A stretch of 64,000 nt of DNA from an uncultured Gemmatimonadales bacterium. GTDB lineage: Bacteria; Gemmatimonadota; Gemmatimonadetes; Gemmatimonadales; Gemmatimonadaceae. The stretch spans positions 832,001 through 896,000 of the forward strand of contig OY969695.1 of the NCBI GenBank assembly GCA_963701965.1, given 5' to 3'. A program made the position numbers and the translations under genes. Positions 50,194-60,276 of this stretch are shown here, piece by piece (positions within the stretch are counted from its first letter, which is position 1; each line of letters opens with the position of its first letter). The notes below the pieces were generated by a model that worked only from the letters and a program-made list of their open reading frames with translations, was not told where the DNA came from and did no database searches.

Positions 50194-51224
50194 TTGGCGA
50201 ACGTGAAGCTCGACTGGCGCGGTGCGGCCGGCATCGCGCTCAGCGCGGCGCTGCTGTGGTGGGTCTTCAGCAAGATCCCGTTCCATCAGGTGTGGACCAC
50301 GCTGTCCACGTCGAGCGTGCCGCTGTTCATCGCGGCCGCGTTCACGGCGACGATCTGCGTGCCGATCCGGGCCCGCCGCTGGCGGCCGATCCTCGACCCC
50401 GTCGCGCCGGACCTGCCGCTCGGCTCCCTGTGGCGGGCGACGGCGATCGGCATGATGATCAACAACGTCGTGCCGGTGCGCGTTGGCGAGGTGGCGCGGG
50501 CCTACGTCCTGACGCGCGAGGAGTCGCGGGTGCCGTTTCCCGCCTCACTGGCGTCGCTGGCCGTGGACCGGTTGTTCGATGCGCTGGTGGTGTTGCTCTT
50601 GACCGTGATTCCGATGCTGCTGCCCGATTTCCGAAGAACGCGGTCATCGGTGGGGTATCGGCGGCGCGCACCGCGATCATCGGCACGGTCTTCATGCTGG
50701 CGCTCATGACGGTGTTGTACGCGATCGTGTTCTTTCCGTCGTGGCTGATCGGCGTGTACGAGGCGTTTGCGCGGCGGGTGGCGCCGCGCTTCGAGGAGCC
50801 CGGCCGCCGCGCGCTCACGCATTTCGCCGCCGGTTTGAGCGTGCTGCGGAGTCCCGTGCGCTTCGCCAGCGTGTTGTTCTGGGCGACGCTGCACTGGCTC
50901 TGCAACGGCCTGGCGTTCTGGCTGGGGTTTCTGGCGGTGGGGATCCAGGTCCCGTTCGGCGCCGCGCTCTTCCTCCAGGGCGTGATCGCCCTTGGGGTCG
51001 CATTGCCGGCGGCGCCGGGATTCTTCGGGGTCTTCGAGTTCTTTGGGGTGCTGGGCCTCGGGTTGTACGGCGTGCCCAAGTCGCAGGCGGCGGCGTGGGC
51101 CATCGGATACCATGTCGTTTCGTTCCTGCCGATCACGCTGATCGGCGCCTGGTACTTCGCGCGCATGGGGCTGCATCTCAAGGACGTCAAAGCGGCGGAG
51201 GTCCCGTCGCCGGAGGCGACGTGA
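50194..51224 (+). CDS. LPG-synthase TM/flippase-like membrane protein (frameshift ~50632)
   Basis: RARRW..IL, NNVVP.RVGEVAR, DRLFD, PAAPGFFGVFE. Confidence 0.85.
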
Positions 51225-52141
51225 CGGCCGGCCCGACCGCCGGCGTCCGATCGGCGCGCGTGGCGGCGCAGGCCAAGGTCAACATCTTCCTCCACGTGCT
51301 GGCGCGCGAGTCGGGCGGATACCACCAGCTGGAGACGGCGTTCTGCCGGCTGGCGTTGGCCGACAATGTGGTGGTGCACACGGCGCGGGCCGGCATGGGC
51401 GGCATGCGGACGATCGATTGCCGTGGCGCCGACGCGGGGCCGGCCGCGCGCAATCTCGCGTTTCGCGCGGCGGTGGCGTACGCCGAGGCGCGCGGGTGGC
51501 CGGCGGGATTCAAGATCGAGATCGAGAAGCGGATCCCCGTGGGTGGAGGGTTGGGCGGCGGCAGCGCGGACGCGGGCGCGGTGTTGCGCGCGCTGGCCGC
51601 GCTCGATCCGACGCCGCCGCCGCGCGAGTTGCTCCTGTCGTTGGCGCTGGCGCTGGGCGCCGACGTGCCGTACCTGACGCTCCGGTCGCCGTTGGCGCTG
51701 GCCTGGGGCCGGGGCGAGCGCCTGTTGCCGCTGCCGGCGCTCGCCGAGCGGCCGGTCGTGCTGGCGGCGATGCCGTTTGGGGTCGGCACCGCCGACGCCT
51801 ACGCGTGGCTGGCGGCGACGCGCAAAGGTCGGGGTCCGCGGCCGCGCATCGTGCCGCTCCACGCTTTTCGCGACTGGAACACCATCGCCGCGCTCGCGGT
51901 GAACGATTTCGAGCCCGTGGTCACGGCGCGCCATCCCGAGATCGCGCGCACGTTGTCGCATCTCGCGGGAGCGCCGGGCGTCGAACTTGCCCGCATGAGC
52001 GGCTCGGGCGCGACGGTCTTCGCCGTGCTCGCCGCGGGCGCCCAAGCGGACGCGATCGCCGCCGGCCTCCCTGCCCCGGCCCGCGGGATCACGACCACGA
52101 CCGCGTCCCGCGTGGCGCCGGTGGACGTGCTCGACGCCTGA
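51221..52141 (+). CDS. ispE: 4-diphosphocytidyl-2-C-methyl-D-erythritol kinase
   Basis: AKVNIFL, GYHQLET, KRIPVGGGLGGGSAD, LGADVP, MSGSGAT. Confidence 0.96.
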   Translation: MTAGPTAGVRSARVAAQAKVNIFLHVLARESGGYHQLETAFCRLALADNVVVHTARAGMGGMRTIDCRGADAGPAARNLAFRAAVAYAEARGWPAGFKIEIEKRIPVGGGLGGGSADAGAVLRALAALDPTPPPRELLLSLALALGADVPYLTLRSPLALAWGRGERLLPLPALAERPVVLAAMPFGVGTADAYAWLAATRKGRGPRPRIVPLHAFRDWNTIAALAVNDFEPVVTARHPEIARTLSHLAGAPGVELARMSGSGATVFAVLAAGAQADAIAAGLPAPARGITTTTASRVAPVDVLDA

Positions 52142-52179
52142 GACGAGGCGGCTATACTTCGCAGGCGGTGCCGGTCGTC

Positions 52180-52250
52180 TGCCCCTTCGTCCAATGGCAG
52201 GACATCAGACTTTGGATCTGAGAATGGTGGTTCGAATCCACCAGGGGCAA
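52180..52250 (+). tRNA. tRNA-Gln(TTG), no encoded CCA
   Basis: Acceptor TGCCCCT/AGGGGCA, anticodon arm TCAGA-CTTTGGA-TCTGA, GTTCGAATC; usual position after ispE. Confidence 0.96.
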
Positions 52251-52259
52251 TCTCCCCCG

Positions 52260-53381
52260 CTACTCTGATGCCGGGCGGCCGCGCCGTTTGAGCCAGGCGT
52301 GGACCGACGCGGGTAAGAACAGGTTGTCGGATATCGCCGCGACTTCTTCCGCCTCCCGCCACGCCAAGAGGAGTGCGGCGAGCTCGCCCTCCATGGCGCG
52401 TCGTTCGCTCTCTTCGTGGAGCGCCATCTCCAACGCCATCCGGTTCGTGGCCTCCAATCCCGCCAGGGTATCGGCGTTGATCACGTCCGGGGGGACCCCG
52501 GACCACGCCGCGGACATCGACATGCTCCACACTGAAGGCGCCTTGCCCCTCACCGTGCGGGGCCGGGCCAACCGCGCCGCCGCTTGAGCGAGATACTGTT
52601 CCGGTCCGCCGGCGTTGGACAGCATACGGGTGGCAGCGACCACGCGGTCGCGGGGCCCTCCCGCCCAGTTGAGTCGCGTCAATATCGCTCCCGCCGCACG
52701 ACGCGCCGGGTCGCCCTGCAGGCGGATCGCGCCGCCCGAATGATGGAGACGCAACACCCACCCGTCGGGCGTCTCCTCGTCATCGGATGTGGGAAGGCGG
52801 AACGTCGCGTGCGATAGGTCCTTCTGTCGCACGTCCACCGTGCGCATCCCTACGCGTACGCGGGTAACGACCCGTCGCTCCCACCACTGGCGGCCACTGA
52901 CACCGACGACCGTCACACCGCCGCCGACGAGCATCGCCGCATGGAGTCCGATATGATCAAGAAACCCGGCGCCGGCTCCATAGGTGATAAAGCGCCAACC
53001 CCATCGGGCCGCCCCGACGGGCCAGAGGATTTTCCGGGCGCGTCGGCGTCGACTGACGAACTGATCGCCGTACCGCCAGGCGGCGAACTCGGGGCGCAAC
53101 GGCTGACCCACCCGGATGAGCTCCAACCCCTCGGCGAGTCGCGCCAGCCCGATCTCGTCGGTCGACACGCGGAGTCGGGTCCCCCGATAGCGGCGCTCAC
53201 AGTCCTCGATGGCCTCTCAGCGCGCCTCCAGCGGCGTGAGATTCCAACGTTGGCAGCGCGTACAGACAACCCAGAGTCGACCCTTGTTCGCGTCAAACGC
53301 CAAGCGACGCCCGACGGGGAACTGCTCGATGATCTCATTCGCGCCGAGGGACGCATGGCAGTACAGGCAGGTCGAGTACAC
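52260..53381 (-). pseudogene. Zn-ribbon membrane protein with in-frame TGA at codon 55
   Basis: MYSTCLYC...WVVCTRCQRWNLTPLEAR*EAIEDCE continues in frame into ORF 52260..53168; TGA at 53217-53219. Confidence 0.75.
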
Positions 53382-53423
53382 GGGATCGAATATTCGTCTT
53401 CGTCGGAGCGCCCACCAGTTGGC

Positions 53424-53822
53424 CTACGGCGCGTCCACCCACTCCGACGTCTTGTGGCGCACGAGTCGACCCGCCGAATCGAACGCGAAATCAATGTCGA
53501 TCGCGCCGGTCATGAGACCAAACACCCAGACGGCGCGCTCGCGGACCTCGATCGCCTCGGGCGGACCGGGCACGACACGGTGTTCGATGTGACGATGGCG
53601 GAGGTAGCCGATGACGCTATCGGCCATCGTCCCCGGCGGGAGCGCCCGCGCGATCGTGCGATCAACCGTGCCGACCGTACGACCCAGGGGGGCGGGTCCC
53701 CACAGAAAGGCATACGACAGGACGAGCGTCAGGAGGAGGAGGATGCCGATCGCGGCAGCCACGACCTTGAGTGCCGTTACACAGCCTCGCGTGCTGCCGC
53801 CGTAGATGTTGTCGTCGGGCAT
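53424..53822 (-). CDS. Small membrane-anchored hypothetical protein
   Basis: Single N-terminal TM, host-like codon usage. Confidence 0.55.
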   Translation of the reverse strand: MPDDNIYGGSTRGCVTALKVVAAAIGILLLLTLVLSYAFLWGPAPLGRTVGTVDRTIARALPPGTMADSVIGYLRHRHIEHRVVPGPPEAIEVRERAVWVFGLMTGAIDIDFAFDSAGRLVRHKTSEWVDAP

Positions 53823-53851
53823 TGGACGCATGGGTCGAAGCGTAGTCGAGG

Positions 53852-53910
53852 TTGACCGCCCGTGTGCCACGCAACATATTTGTTGCGAGGATCCGGGCAT
53901 CGCCCGGATC
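53852..53910 (+). promoter_or_regulatory. TA promoter/operator region
   Basis: TTGACC-N17-CATATT; palindromes GCAACA-N4-TGTTGC (53871-53886) and GATCCGGGC-N3-GCCCGGATC (53890-53910). Confidence 0.6.
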
Positions 53911-53935
53911 TTGGCGACTGGCCACGGGAGCAGAT

Positions 53936-54307
53936 ATGGCACGGACGGCAGCGGCACGGCGAACGACGCAGCGGACGACGGACGTCGTGCGCGTCCGGTA
54001 CGCGTCGGCGCGTCGGGCGTTCCGGTCCGACGCCGAGCTGGCGGAGTGGCTGGGCGTGCATCGGAGTCGGGTCACCCGTTGGATGAAAGGCGAGGTGCCC
54101 GATGCCGATACGACGACACTCCTGCTCGGCGTCGATGTCGTGGTGTCGCTGCTCACCGACTTTCTCGACGAGAGCGCCGTGCCCGACTGGCTGTTCGGCG
54201 TCAACGCGCACTTGGGCGACCGCCGGCCGATCAATGTGCTTCGCGGCGGCCGCCTCGCCGACGTCGTGGCCGCGGTCGAAGCGGAGCGGGTCGGCTCCTT
54301 CGCGTGA
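53936..54307 (+). CDS. Xre/MbcA/ParS-like antitoxin
   Basis: HTH AELAEWLGVHRSRVTRW; WL.GVNAHLGDRRPINVL. Confidence 0.88.
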   Translation: MARTAAARRTTQRTTDVVRVRYASARRAFRSDAELAEWLGVHRSRVTRWMKGEVPDADTTTLLLGVDVVVSLLTDFLDESAVPDWLFGVNAHLGDRRPINVLRGGRLADVVAAVEAERVGSFA

Positions 54308-54876
54308 CACTCGCCGACGGAACGCTGTGGCGAGCGTTCCCCTGGCGTCCCGAAGCACAGACCGGCGAGCCGTTCTCCCCGGGCTACATCCCGCCCGGCC
54401 AACACTCCGGCCGGTTCGATCTCCACGACGAGCCGCCGGTCCTCTATCTCGCCGAGACGCCGGAGCACGCCGTCGCCGAGATCATCCAGGCATTTCGCGG
54501 GCGCCAGATCGACGATAAGCATCTCGAACGGCACGGCCAGCCGCTCGCCCTGGCGCAGGCGTCCCTGCGGCGCCCGATGCGCGAACGCGTCCTCGATCTC
54601 ACGGCGCCGCCCGTCCTGGGATCCCTCGGCCTGCGCCCCGACATGCTGGCCAGTCAGTCCCGCGATCAGACCCAGGCCATTGCCCGACTGATCCACGATC
54701 GCCCGGCCCCAGGGTTTCGTTGGTGGTCCGCGCTCACCGGCGATTGGCACACCGTCGTGCTCTTCGCCGACGCGATCGCCCCGGACGATATCGACTGGCG
54801 CCCACCAGAGCTTCTCTCGATCGCGTCACCCGTCGTGCGGGAAGCCGCGGCGCAGATCGGGGTCCGCCTGCGATAG
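54304..54876 (+). CDS. RES-domain toxin (NAD+ phosphorylase family)
   Basis: SGRF (R), LYLAE...AVAE (E), GFRWWSA (S); GTGA overlap with the antitoxin. Confidence 0.88.
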   Translation: MTLADGTLWRAFPWRPEAQTGEPFSPGYIPPGQHSGRFDLHDEPPVLYLAETPEHAVAEIIQAFRGRQIDDKHLERHGQPLALAQASLRRPMRERVLDLTAPPVLGSLGLRPDMLASQSRDQTQAIARLIHDRPAPGFRWWSALTGDWHTVVLFADAIAPDDIDWRPPELLSIASPVVREAAAQIGVRLR

Positions 54877-54884
54877 ATCGCCGT

Positions 54885-57512
54885 CTACTGGAGGACGCGC
54901 ACCGGATCCACCCGCGTCGCGCGCCGCGCCGGGACCAGCGTCGCCACGCCGGCGACGATGACCAGCACCAAGACCACAGCCACGCCGGTCAACGGGTCGA
55001 TCGCGCCCACGCCGTAGAGTGAGCCGCGCAAAAGCCGCGAGGCGCCGGCCGCGACGACGCTGCCGATGATCACGCCGGCGAGAATCGGCCGCGCGCTCTG
55101 CCGGGCAAACAACGTCAGGATCTCCCCCGCCGTCGCGCCCAGCGCCAGCCGGACGCCGATCTCGTGCGTCCTCGCGGTGACGAAAAACGCGACCACGCTG
55201 GCGATCCCGGCGGCCGCCAGCACGAGCCCGATCAGCGCCAGCACAGTCAAGAGCATCGTGTCGAACCAATGCTCGGCCGTCGTGGCGCGGATCGCCTGCG
55301 GCATGGTCGCGATATCGTAGAGCGGCACCGTCGGATCCACGGAGCGGACCGCGTGCCGGACCCCGGCCACCGCCGGCGAGCCGTCGGTGCGGGCCACCAC
55401 CGACATGGTCTGTTGGATCCAACCCCACGCCGCGTCCGGCGCCTGCGCCATGGGGATGTAAAACTCGGGATAGAGCTCCGTCTCCGGCCCCACCGAATGC
55501 ACGTCGCCAGCCACGCCGATGACGGTCTTCCACCGGGGATCCTGGAGATCGCCCTCACAGCAGGCGATGCGTTTCCCGATGGGGTCCTGCCCCGGCCAGG
55601 CCCGCGCTGCCAGCGTGCGGCTCACGATCATGACGCGCGGCGCGCCGGCGACATCGCGGTCGGTGAACGCCCGCCCCGAGAGCAGCGGGATGCGCATGAC
55701 CGCGAGGTAGTCCGGCGACACCATGCGCATCCAGGAGTCGATCGCGCTCTTGAGCTCGAGCGTCCGCCCTTCGGGCACGAGCCCGTTCGACATGCGGCCC
55801 GCGCCCATCGGTGCCTGCGAGACCACGGCGGCGCCGCGGACACCCGGCTCCGCGCCCACGGCCTTGGCGATCTGGTCGAACGTGCGCTCCGCCTGCGCCG
55901 GCGCGCCGTACGTGGTGGCCGGCAGCGTCAACCGCGCCGTGAGCACGCCCGCGGGATCGAAGCCCAGCGGCGTCCGGTCGAGTTGGATCGCGCTGCGCAC
56001 GAGGAGGCCCGCACCATTGAGCAGCACGAGCGCCAGCGCGATCTCGGCGACCACGAGCCCCGCCCGCAGCCGGTCGCGGACCGAGCCCCCGCCGCGGCCG
56101 TCGGCCCGCAACGTCGCTTGCACGTCCGTGCGGGCGGCGCGGAGCGCCGGCGCCAGACCAAACAACACGGCGCTCACGGTCGTGATGACCACGGCGAACG
56201 CCAGGACCGGGCCGTCAATGCGCGTCGCGTCGAGTCGCGGAAATACGCCCGCCGGCGCGCTGGCCACGAAGACCTTGATGCCGACCCACGCCAGCGCCAG
56301 CCCGACAATGGCCGCGCCGATCGCTAGCACGAGGCTCTCGGTCAGGAGTTGCCGCACGATGCGCTCGCGCCGGGCGCCCAGCGCGCCGCGGATCGCGATC
56401 TCCTTGGCGCGCGCCGCCCCGCGGGCCAGGAGCAAGTTGGCCACGTTGCCGCAGGCGATGAGCAGCACAAACGACACCGCGCCCAACACCGCGAGGAGCC
56501 GGGGCCGCTCATTACCGATGATGACGTCGGCGAGCGGCAGCACGTGCACGCCGCGGATGCCGTCTTCCTGCGGATACTGCTTGGCCAATCGCTGGCCAAT
56601 CGCGTCCATCTCGGCGCGCGCCTGCGCCAGGGTTGCCGTAGGCTTCAACAGCCCGGCGACGAAGTAGCTGTGCTCGTCGTGCATGAGCTTCTGGGCTGGC
56701 GTCAGCGCCAGTGGCGTCCACAAGGCTTCGCCCGATGCCGACGGATCGAACGACTGCGGCATCACGCCAACGACCGTGACCATCAGCCCGTTCATCCGGG
56801 TCGGATGGTCGAGGATGTGGGGATCGCGCCCGAACCGGCGCGTCCACAGACCTTCGCCCAGCACCGTGACGCCATCGTGGCCCGGCACATCCTCGTCGGG
56901 ACGGAACGTGCGGCCGATGAGGGGCGGCACGCCGAACACGGTAAAGAAATCGCTGGACACGCGGCCCGCCATCACGCGCTCGGGGCTCGTGCCGTCCGTC
57001 AGGTTGACGGGCGAGAATTGCTCGGCGGCCATCGCCGAGAACGTCGTCGATTGGTCGCGCCAGTCCGTGAAGTTGCCGGCCGACACACTGCCGGGCAGGT
57101 TGTTCCACCACTCGACGACAGACACCACCCGGTCGGGATGCGCCCACGCGAACGGCCGCAGCACGACGCTATCGACGGCGCCAAAGATCGCGGCGGTTGC
57201 GCCAATGCCGAGCGCCAGGATCAACACGGCCGCGGCGGTGAACACCGGCGCGCCCAGAAGCTGCCGGATGGAGTGCCGGACGTCCTGCACCAACTCCTCG
57301 ACGTATGCGGTCCGGCGCAGCGTGCGGTCCCGATGCTCGGCCGCGTCCCGACTGGCGACCCGCTCCACCGCTCCGAACCGCCGCGTCGCCTCGGCCCGCG
57401 CCGCATCGGGCGCCATACCGCCCCGCACCAGCTCCTCCACGAGCATGTCGACGTGGAACCCGATCTCGGCGGACACTTGCTGATCGACGGTATCGCGACG
57501 CCAAATGCGCAT
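54885..57512 (-). CDS. ADOP-type duplicated MacB/FtsX ABC permease
   Basis: Permease prefix, LALGIGA, LLIACGNVANLLLAR, RQLLTES, EIGVRLALGA, PARRATRVDP. Confidence 0.93.
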   Translation of the reverse strand: MRIWRRDTVDQQVSAEIGFHVDMLVEELVRGGMAPDAARAEATRRFGAVERVASRDAAEHRDRTLRRTAYVEELVQDVRHSIRQLLGAPVFTAAAVLILALGIGATAAIFGAVDSVVLRPFAWAHPDRVVSVVEWWNNLPGSVSAGNFTDWRDQSTTFSAMAAEQFSPVNLTDGTSPERVMAGRVSSDFFTVFGVPPLIGRTFRPDEDVPGHDGVTVLGEGLWTRRFGRDPHILDHPTRMNGLMVTVVGVMPQSFDPSASGEALWTPLALTPAQKLMHDEHSYFVAGLLKPTATLAQARAEMDAIGQRLAKQYPQEDGIRGVHVLPLADVIIGNERPRLLAVLGAVSFVLLIACGNVANLLLARGAARAKEIAIRGALGARRERIVRQLLTESLVLAIGAAIVGLALAWVGIKVFVASAPAGVFPRLDATRIDGPVLAFAVVITTVSAVLFGLAPALRAARTDVQATLRADGRGGGSVRDRLRAGLVVAEIALALVLLNGAGLLVRSAIQLDRTPLGFDPAGVLTARLTLPATTYGAPAQAERTFDQIAKAVGAEPGVRGAAVVSQAPMGAGRMSNGLVPEGRTLELKSAIDSWMRMVSPDYLAVMRIPLLSGRAFTDRDVAGAPRVMIVSRTLAARAWPGQDPIGKRIACCEGDLQDPRWKTVIGVAGDVHSVGPETELYPEFYIPMAQAPDAAWGWIQQTMSVVARTDGSPAVAGVRHAVRSVDPTVPLYDIATMPQAIRATTAEHWFDTMLLTVLALIGLVLAAAGIASVVAFFVTARTHEIGVRLALGATAGEILTLFARQSARPILAGVIIGSVVAAGASRLLRGSLYGVGAIDPLTGVAVVLVLVIVAGVATLVPARRATRVDPVRVLQ

Positions 57513-57519
57513 GCCCGCC

Positions 57520-57850
57520 TCAGGTCAGCAAGAATGGGCGACACGGCAGCCACGAACTCGCGAAATCGCGCGATCTCGGCCGCCAACTGCTGCCGCCCCC
57601 GCGCCGTGAGCCGGTAGAACCGCGCATTGCGCCCCTGGTCGCTCACACCCCACTCGGCCGTGATCCATCCCCGACGCTCCAGACGATACAGCGCCGGATA
57701 GAGCGACCCTTCTTCGACCTGGATCGCGTCGGTGCTCGACTCGCGGAGCCACCGGATGATGGCGTAGCCATGCCGCGGCCCCCACGTGAGCGTGCGCAGG
57801 ATCAGCGCGTCGAGCGTGCCGTGCAGTTTGTCCAATGGTCCAGCGGCCAC
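57520..57850 (-). CDS. PadR-family regulator (3' end uncertain; reads through to 57221 as sequenced)
   Basis: GTLDALIL, HGYAI, EGSLYPALYRLE, RFYRLT..GR. Confidence 0.9.
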
Positions 57851-57856
57851 GTCGTC

Positions 57857-57912
57857 CCCTAGGTGCCTGGGTATGGCCCTACAGTCGCGCAGGCATACCT
57901 AAATGTCAAGGG
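57857..57912 (-). promoter_or_regulatory. PadR promoter with two imperfect palindromic boxes
   Basis: TTGACA on the minus strand (57909-57904); boxes CCCTAGGTGCCTGGGT and ACCTAAATGTCAAGGG. Confidence 0.55.
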
Positions 57913-57928
57913 GAGTGAGTGCCGCCGG

Positions 57929-58696
57929 CTACGCGACGCGCGGGGCGAACGCCGTGGGACGCGTCAGCTCGAAGACGTACGCATACGTCTCCCACTCCCC
58001 GTCCGGGGCCTGGAAGATCGTGATGAGGCCCGTGGCCGCCAGCGCCTGGTAGAACTCGATCTGCTCGACGACAAAAGACTTGGCCGGCAGCGCGGCGAAA
58101 TCGATCAGGCGGACCGCGAAGCGATCCAGCGCGGCGCGCAACGTGCCGTGATAGTCGGTGAGGGAGTGGACGCCGAGATAGAGGCGCGATGCCGCGTGCA
58201 TGTGGCGGTCGGCGACCGCCAGCAGGTCCAGCAGACGCGCGTTGCCGTGCTCCCCGCCGGCGAACGTCTGCGCGTCCTCGGGCGCCAGCCCCTCGAGCGC
58301 CGCCGGCGCCACGATCTCGTTCGGGAGGTTGGCCAGGATCACGTCGAACGGCCCGGGAAAGGGGCCGAAGAGCGAGCCGAGACGACAGTCGACAAACACG
58401 CCGTTGAGCTGTGCGTTGCGCTCCGTCGCCGCCACGGCCCGTGGATCAATGTCCGTCGCCGAGACAATGGCGCCGGCCTTCGCCGCCCCGACCGCCAACA
58501 CCCCGGAGCCCGTACCGATATCGATGATGCGTTCACCGCGGTTGATCGGGATCGACCGCGAGTAGAACATCCCGTGCGACGTCGGAGCGAAAACCCCTTC
58601 GGGTAACTCGACGCCAATCGACGCCCCGAAGACCGTAACGATCGACGCGGTCGGCATCCAACCTCCCGCATGACGGGTGAGGTCGATCGATGACAC
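57929..58696 (-). CDS. HemK/MTS-like methyltransferase
   Basis: GVFAP, IIDIGTGSG, DID, FDVILANLP. Confidence 0.85.
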   Translation of the reverse strand: MSSIDLTRHAGGWMPTASIVTVFGASIGVELPEGVFAPTSHGMFYSRSIPINRGERIIDIGTGSGVLAVGAAKAGAIVSATDIDPRAVAATERNAQLNGVFVDCRLGSLFGPFPGPFDVILANLPNEIVAPAALEGLAPEDAQTFAGGEHGNARLLDLLAVADRHMHAASRLYLGVHSLTDYHGTLRAALDRFAVRLIDFAALPAKSFVVEQIEFYQALAATGLITIFQAPDGEWETYAYVFELTRPTAFAPRVA

Positions 58697-58750
58697 GCCT
58701 GCGTTGACGATACATATACGGTATCGGAGCGTCGAGCGCTGGGCGAGCCC

Positions 58751-59119
58751 TCAGCGGTCGGACCACACGGCCAGCTCGTTCCCTCCCGGGTCCGTGAAAT
58801 GGAACCGGCGACCGCCCGGAAACGCGAACGTGGGTTTCACGATCGTGCCGCCGGCCTTTCGCACCCGGGCCTCGAGGGCCGCGAGATCGAGCCCGAAGAT
58901 CACGACGAGCGTAGTGCCCGGCACCACGCGGTCGACCTTCGTGAGCCCGCCGGCGATCCGGCCGTCGGCGAAGCTCGTGTAATCCGGCCCGTAGTCCGTG
59001 AACTGCCAGCCAAACACATCGGTGTAGAACCGTTTTGCCGCCGCCACATCGGTCTCGGAGATCTCAATGTAGTCGATGCGGCGGTCGTGCTCCGCGGAAT
59101 AAAGAGTCGGTGTCGTCAT
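58751..59119 (-). CDS. VOC/glyoxalase family protein
   Basis: IDYIEI, FYTDVFGWQFTDYGPDY, FPGGRRFHFTDPGGNEL. Confidence 0.92.
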   Translation of the reverse strand: MTTPTLYSAEHDRRIDYIEISETDVAAAKRFYTDVFGWQFTDYGPDYTSFADGRIAGGLTKVDRVVPGTTLVVIFGLDLAALEARVRKAGGTIVKPTFAFPGGRRFHFTDPGGNELAVWSDR

Positions 59120-59129
59120 GGCGGGCAAC

Positions 59130-59471
59130 CTAGCCGCCCGCGTCGTCCCCGGATTGAAGGAATCGGACACGCCCATACTCGGCCGCGTACTGCGCCGGCG
59201 TCACGCCGGAAAGCGCGCGGAACTCGCGAATCAGGTGGGGCTGATCGGCATAACCGGTCTCGAAGGCGAGCCCCGCCCACGACGGCGGCTCGCCGCGCTG
59301 AATCGCGCGGGCCACCTGCCGGAATCGCATCACCCGGGCGAAGGCCTTGGGCGAGAGCCCGACCCATCGGTCGAAGGCGCGCGACAAGCGACGCTCCCCG
59401 ACGCCGATCGCCGCGGCGACCGCGCTCACGGCGACGCCACCGCGGGCGCGGCGGAAATGCGAGGACCGCAC
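59130..59471 (-). pseudogene. AraC-type HTH domain only (probably truncated regulator)
   Basis: GERRLSRAF..VGLSPK, GYADQPHLIREFR.LSGVTP; no ligand-binding N-domain. Confidence 0.7.
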
Positions 59472-59472
59472 G

Positions 59473-60276
59473 TCAGCGCGCCCAGGCGGTCATGCCGCCA
59501 TCGCAGATCAACGCGCTCCCGGTCACGTACGACGAAGCGTCCGCGCACAGCCACGCCGCCGCCGCGGCCGCTTCCTCGGCCTCCCCAATGCGCGCCAGCG
59601 GCACCATCCGGACGTACGCGTTCTCAATGGCGTGCACCGCCTCGGCCTTCGCGGCCGCCGTGTCGCCCGTGGCCTGACTCTCGATCGTGCGCCGCAAGAG
59701 CGGCGTCTCGAACGCGCCGAGGACCAGGGCGTTCACTCGAATGCCATCGCGCGCGTACTCCAACGCCGCGGACTTGGCCAGCGCCACGATTCCCGCCTTG
59801 GCGGCCGCGTACGGCGCCGCGCCGGGCACGCCACCGAGCCCGTTCACCGAAGACACATTCACGATCGCGCCGCCCGTCCCCTGGACGACCATCTGCGCGA
59901 TCTCGTGCTTCATACAGAGCCAGATGCTCCGAAAATTGAGCGCCATGGCGCGATCCCACTCCTCCTCGGAGAGGTCGGCGGTGCGCTTCCGGAAGCCCGC
60001 CTCGTCCGACGCCGCGCTGTTGACCGCGCAATCCAACCGCCCAAACCGCTCGACCGTGGCCCGCACCAGCCGCTCGACGTGATCGCCCCGCGACACATCC
60101 GTCGGGATGAACTCGGCGGTGCCGCCCGCATCCTGGATCGTGCGCAACGCGTGAGCGCCGCGTTCGGCGTCCCGGCCGGCGACCACCACGGAGGCGCCAG
60201 ACCGGACCAGTGCCACCGCGGTCGCGAGGCCAACGCCGGACGTGCCTCCGGCGACCAGCGCGACGCGCCCGCTCAC
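59473..60276 (-). CDS. SDR-family oxidoreductase
   Basis: AGGTSGVG, NSA, NVSS, YAAAK, YVTG..DGG. Confidence 0.93.
   Translation of the reverse strand: MSGRVALVAGGTSGVGLATAVALVRSGASVVVAGRDAERGAHALRTIQDAGGTAEFIPTDVSRGDHVERLVRATVERFGRLDCAVNSAASDEAGFRKRTADLSEEEWDRAMALNFRSIWLCMKHEIAQMVVQGTGGAIVNVSSVNGLGGVPGAAPYAAAKAGIVALAKSAALEYARDGIRVNALVLGAFETPLLRRTIESQATGDTAAAKAEAVHAIENAYVRMVPLARIGEAEEAAAAAAWLCADASSYVTGSALICDGGMTAWAR

Noticed and set aside
53217..53219. Selenocysteine or genetic-code reassignment at the in-frame TGA
   Set aside because: Context suggests Trp, not a redox Cys; TGA is used as a normal stop throughout the window
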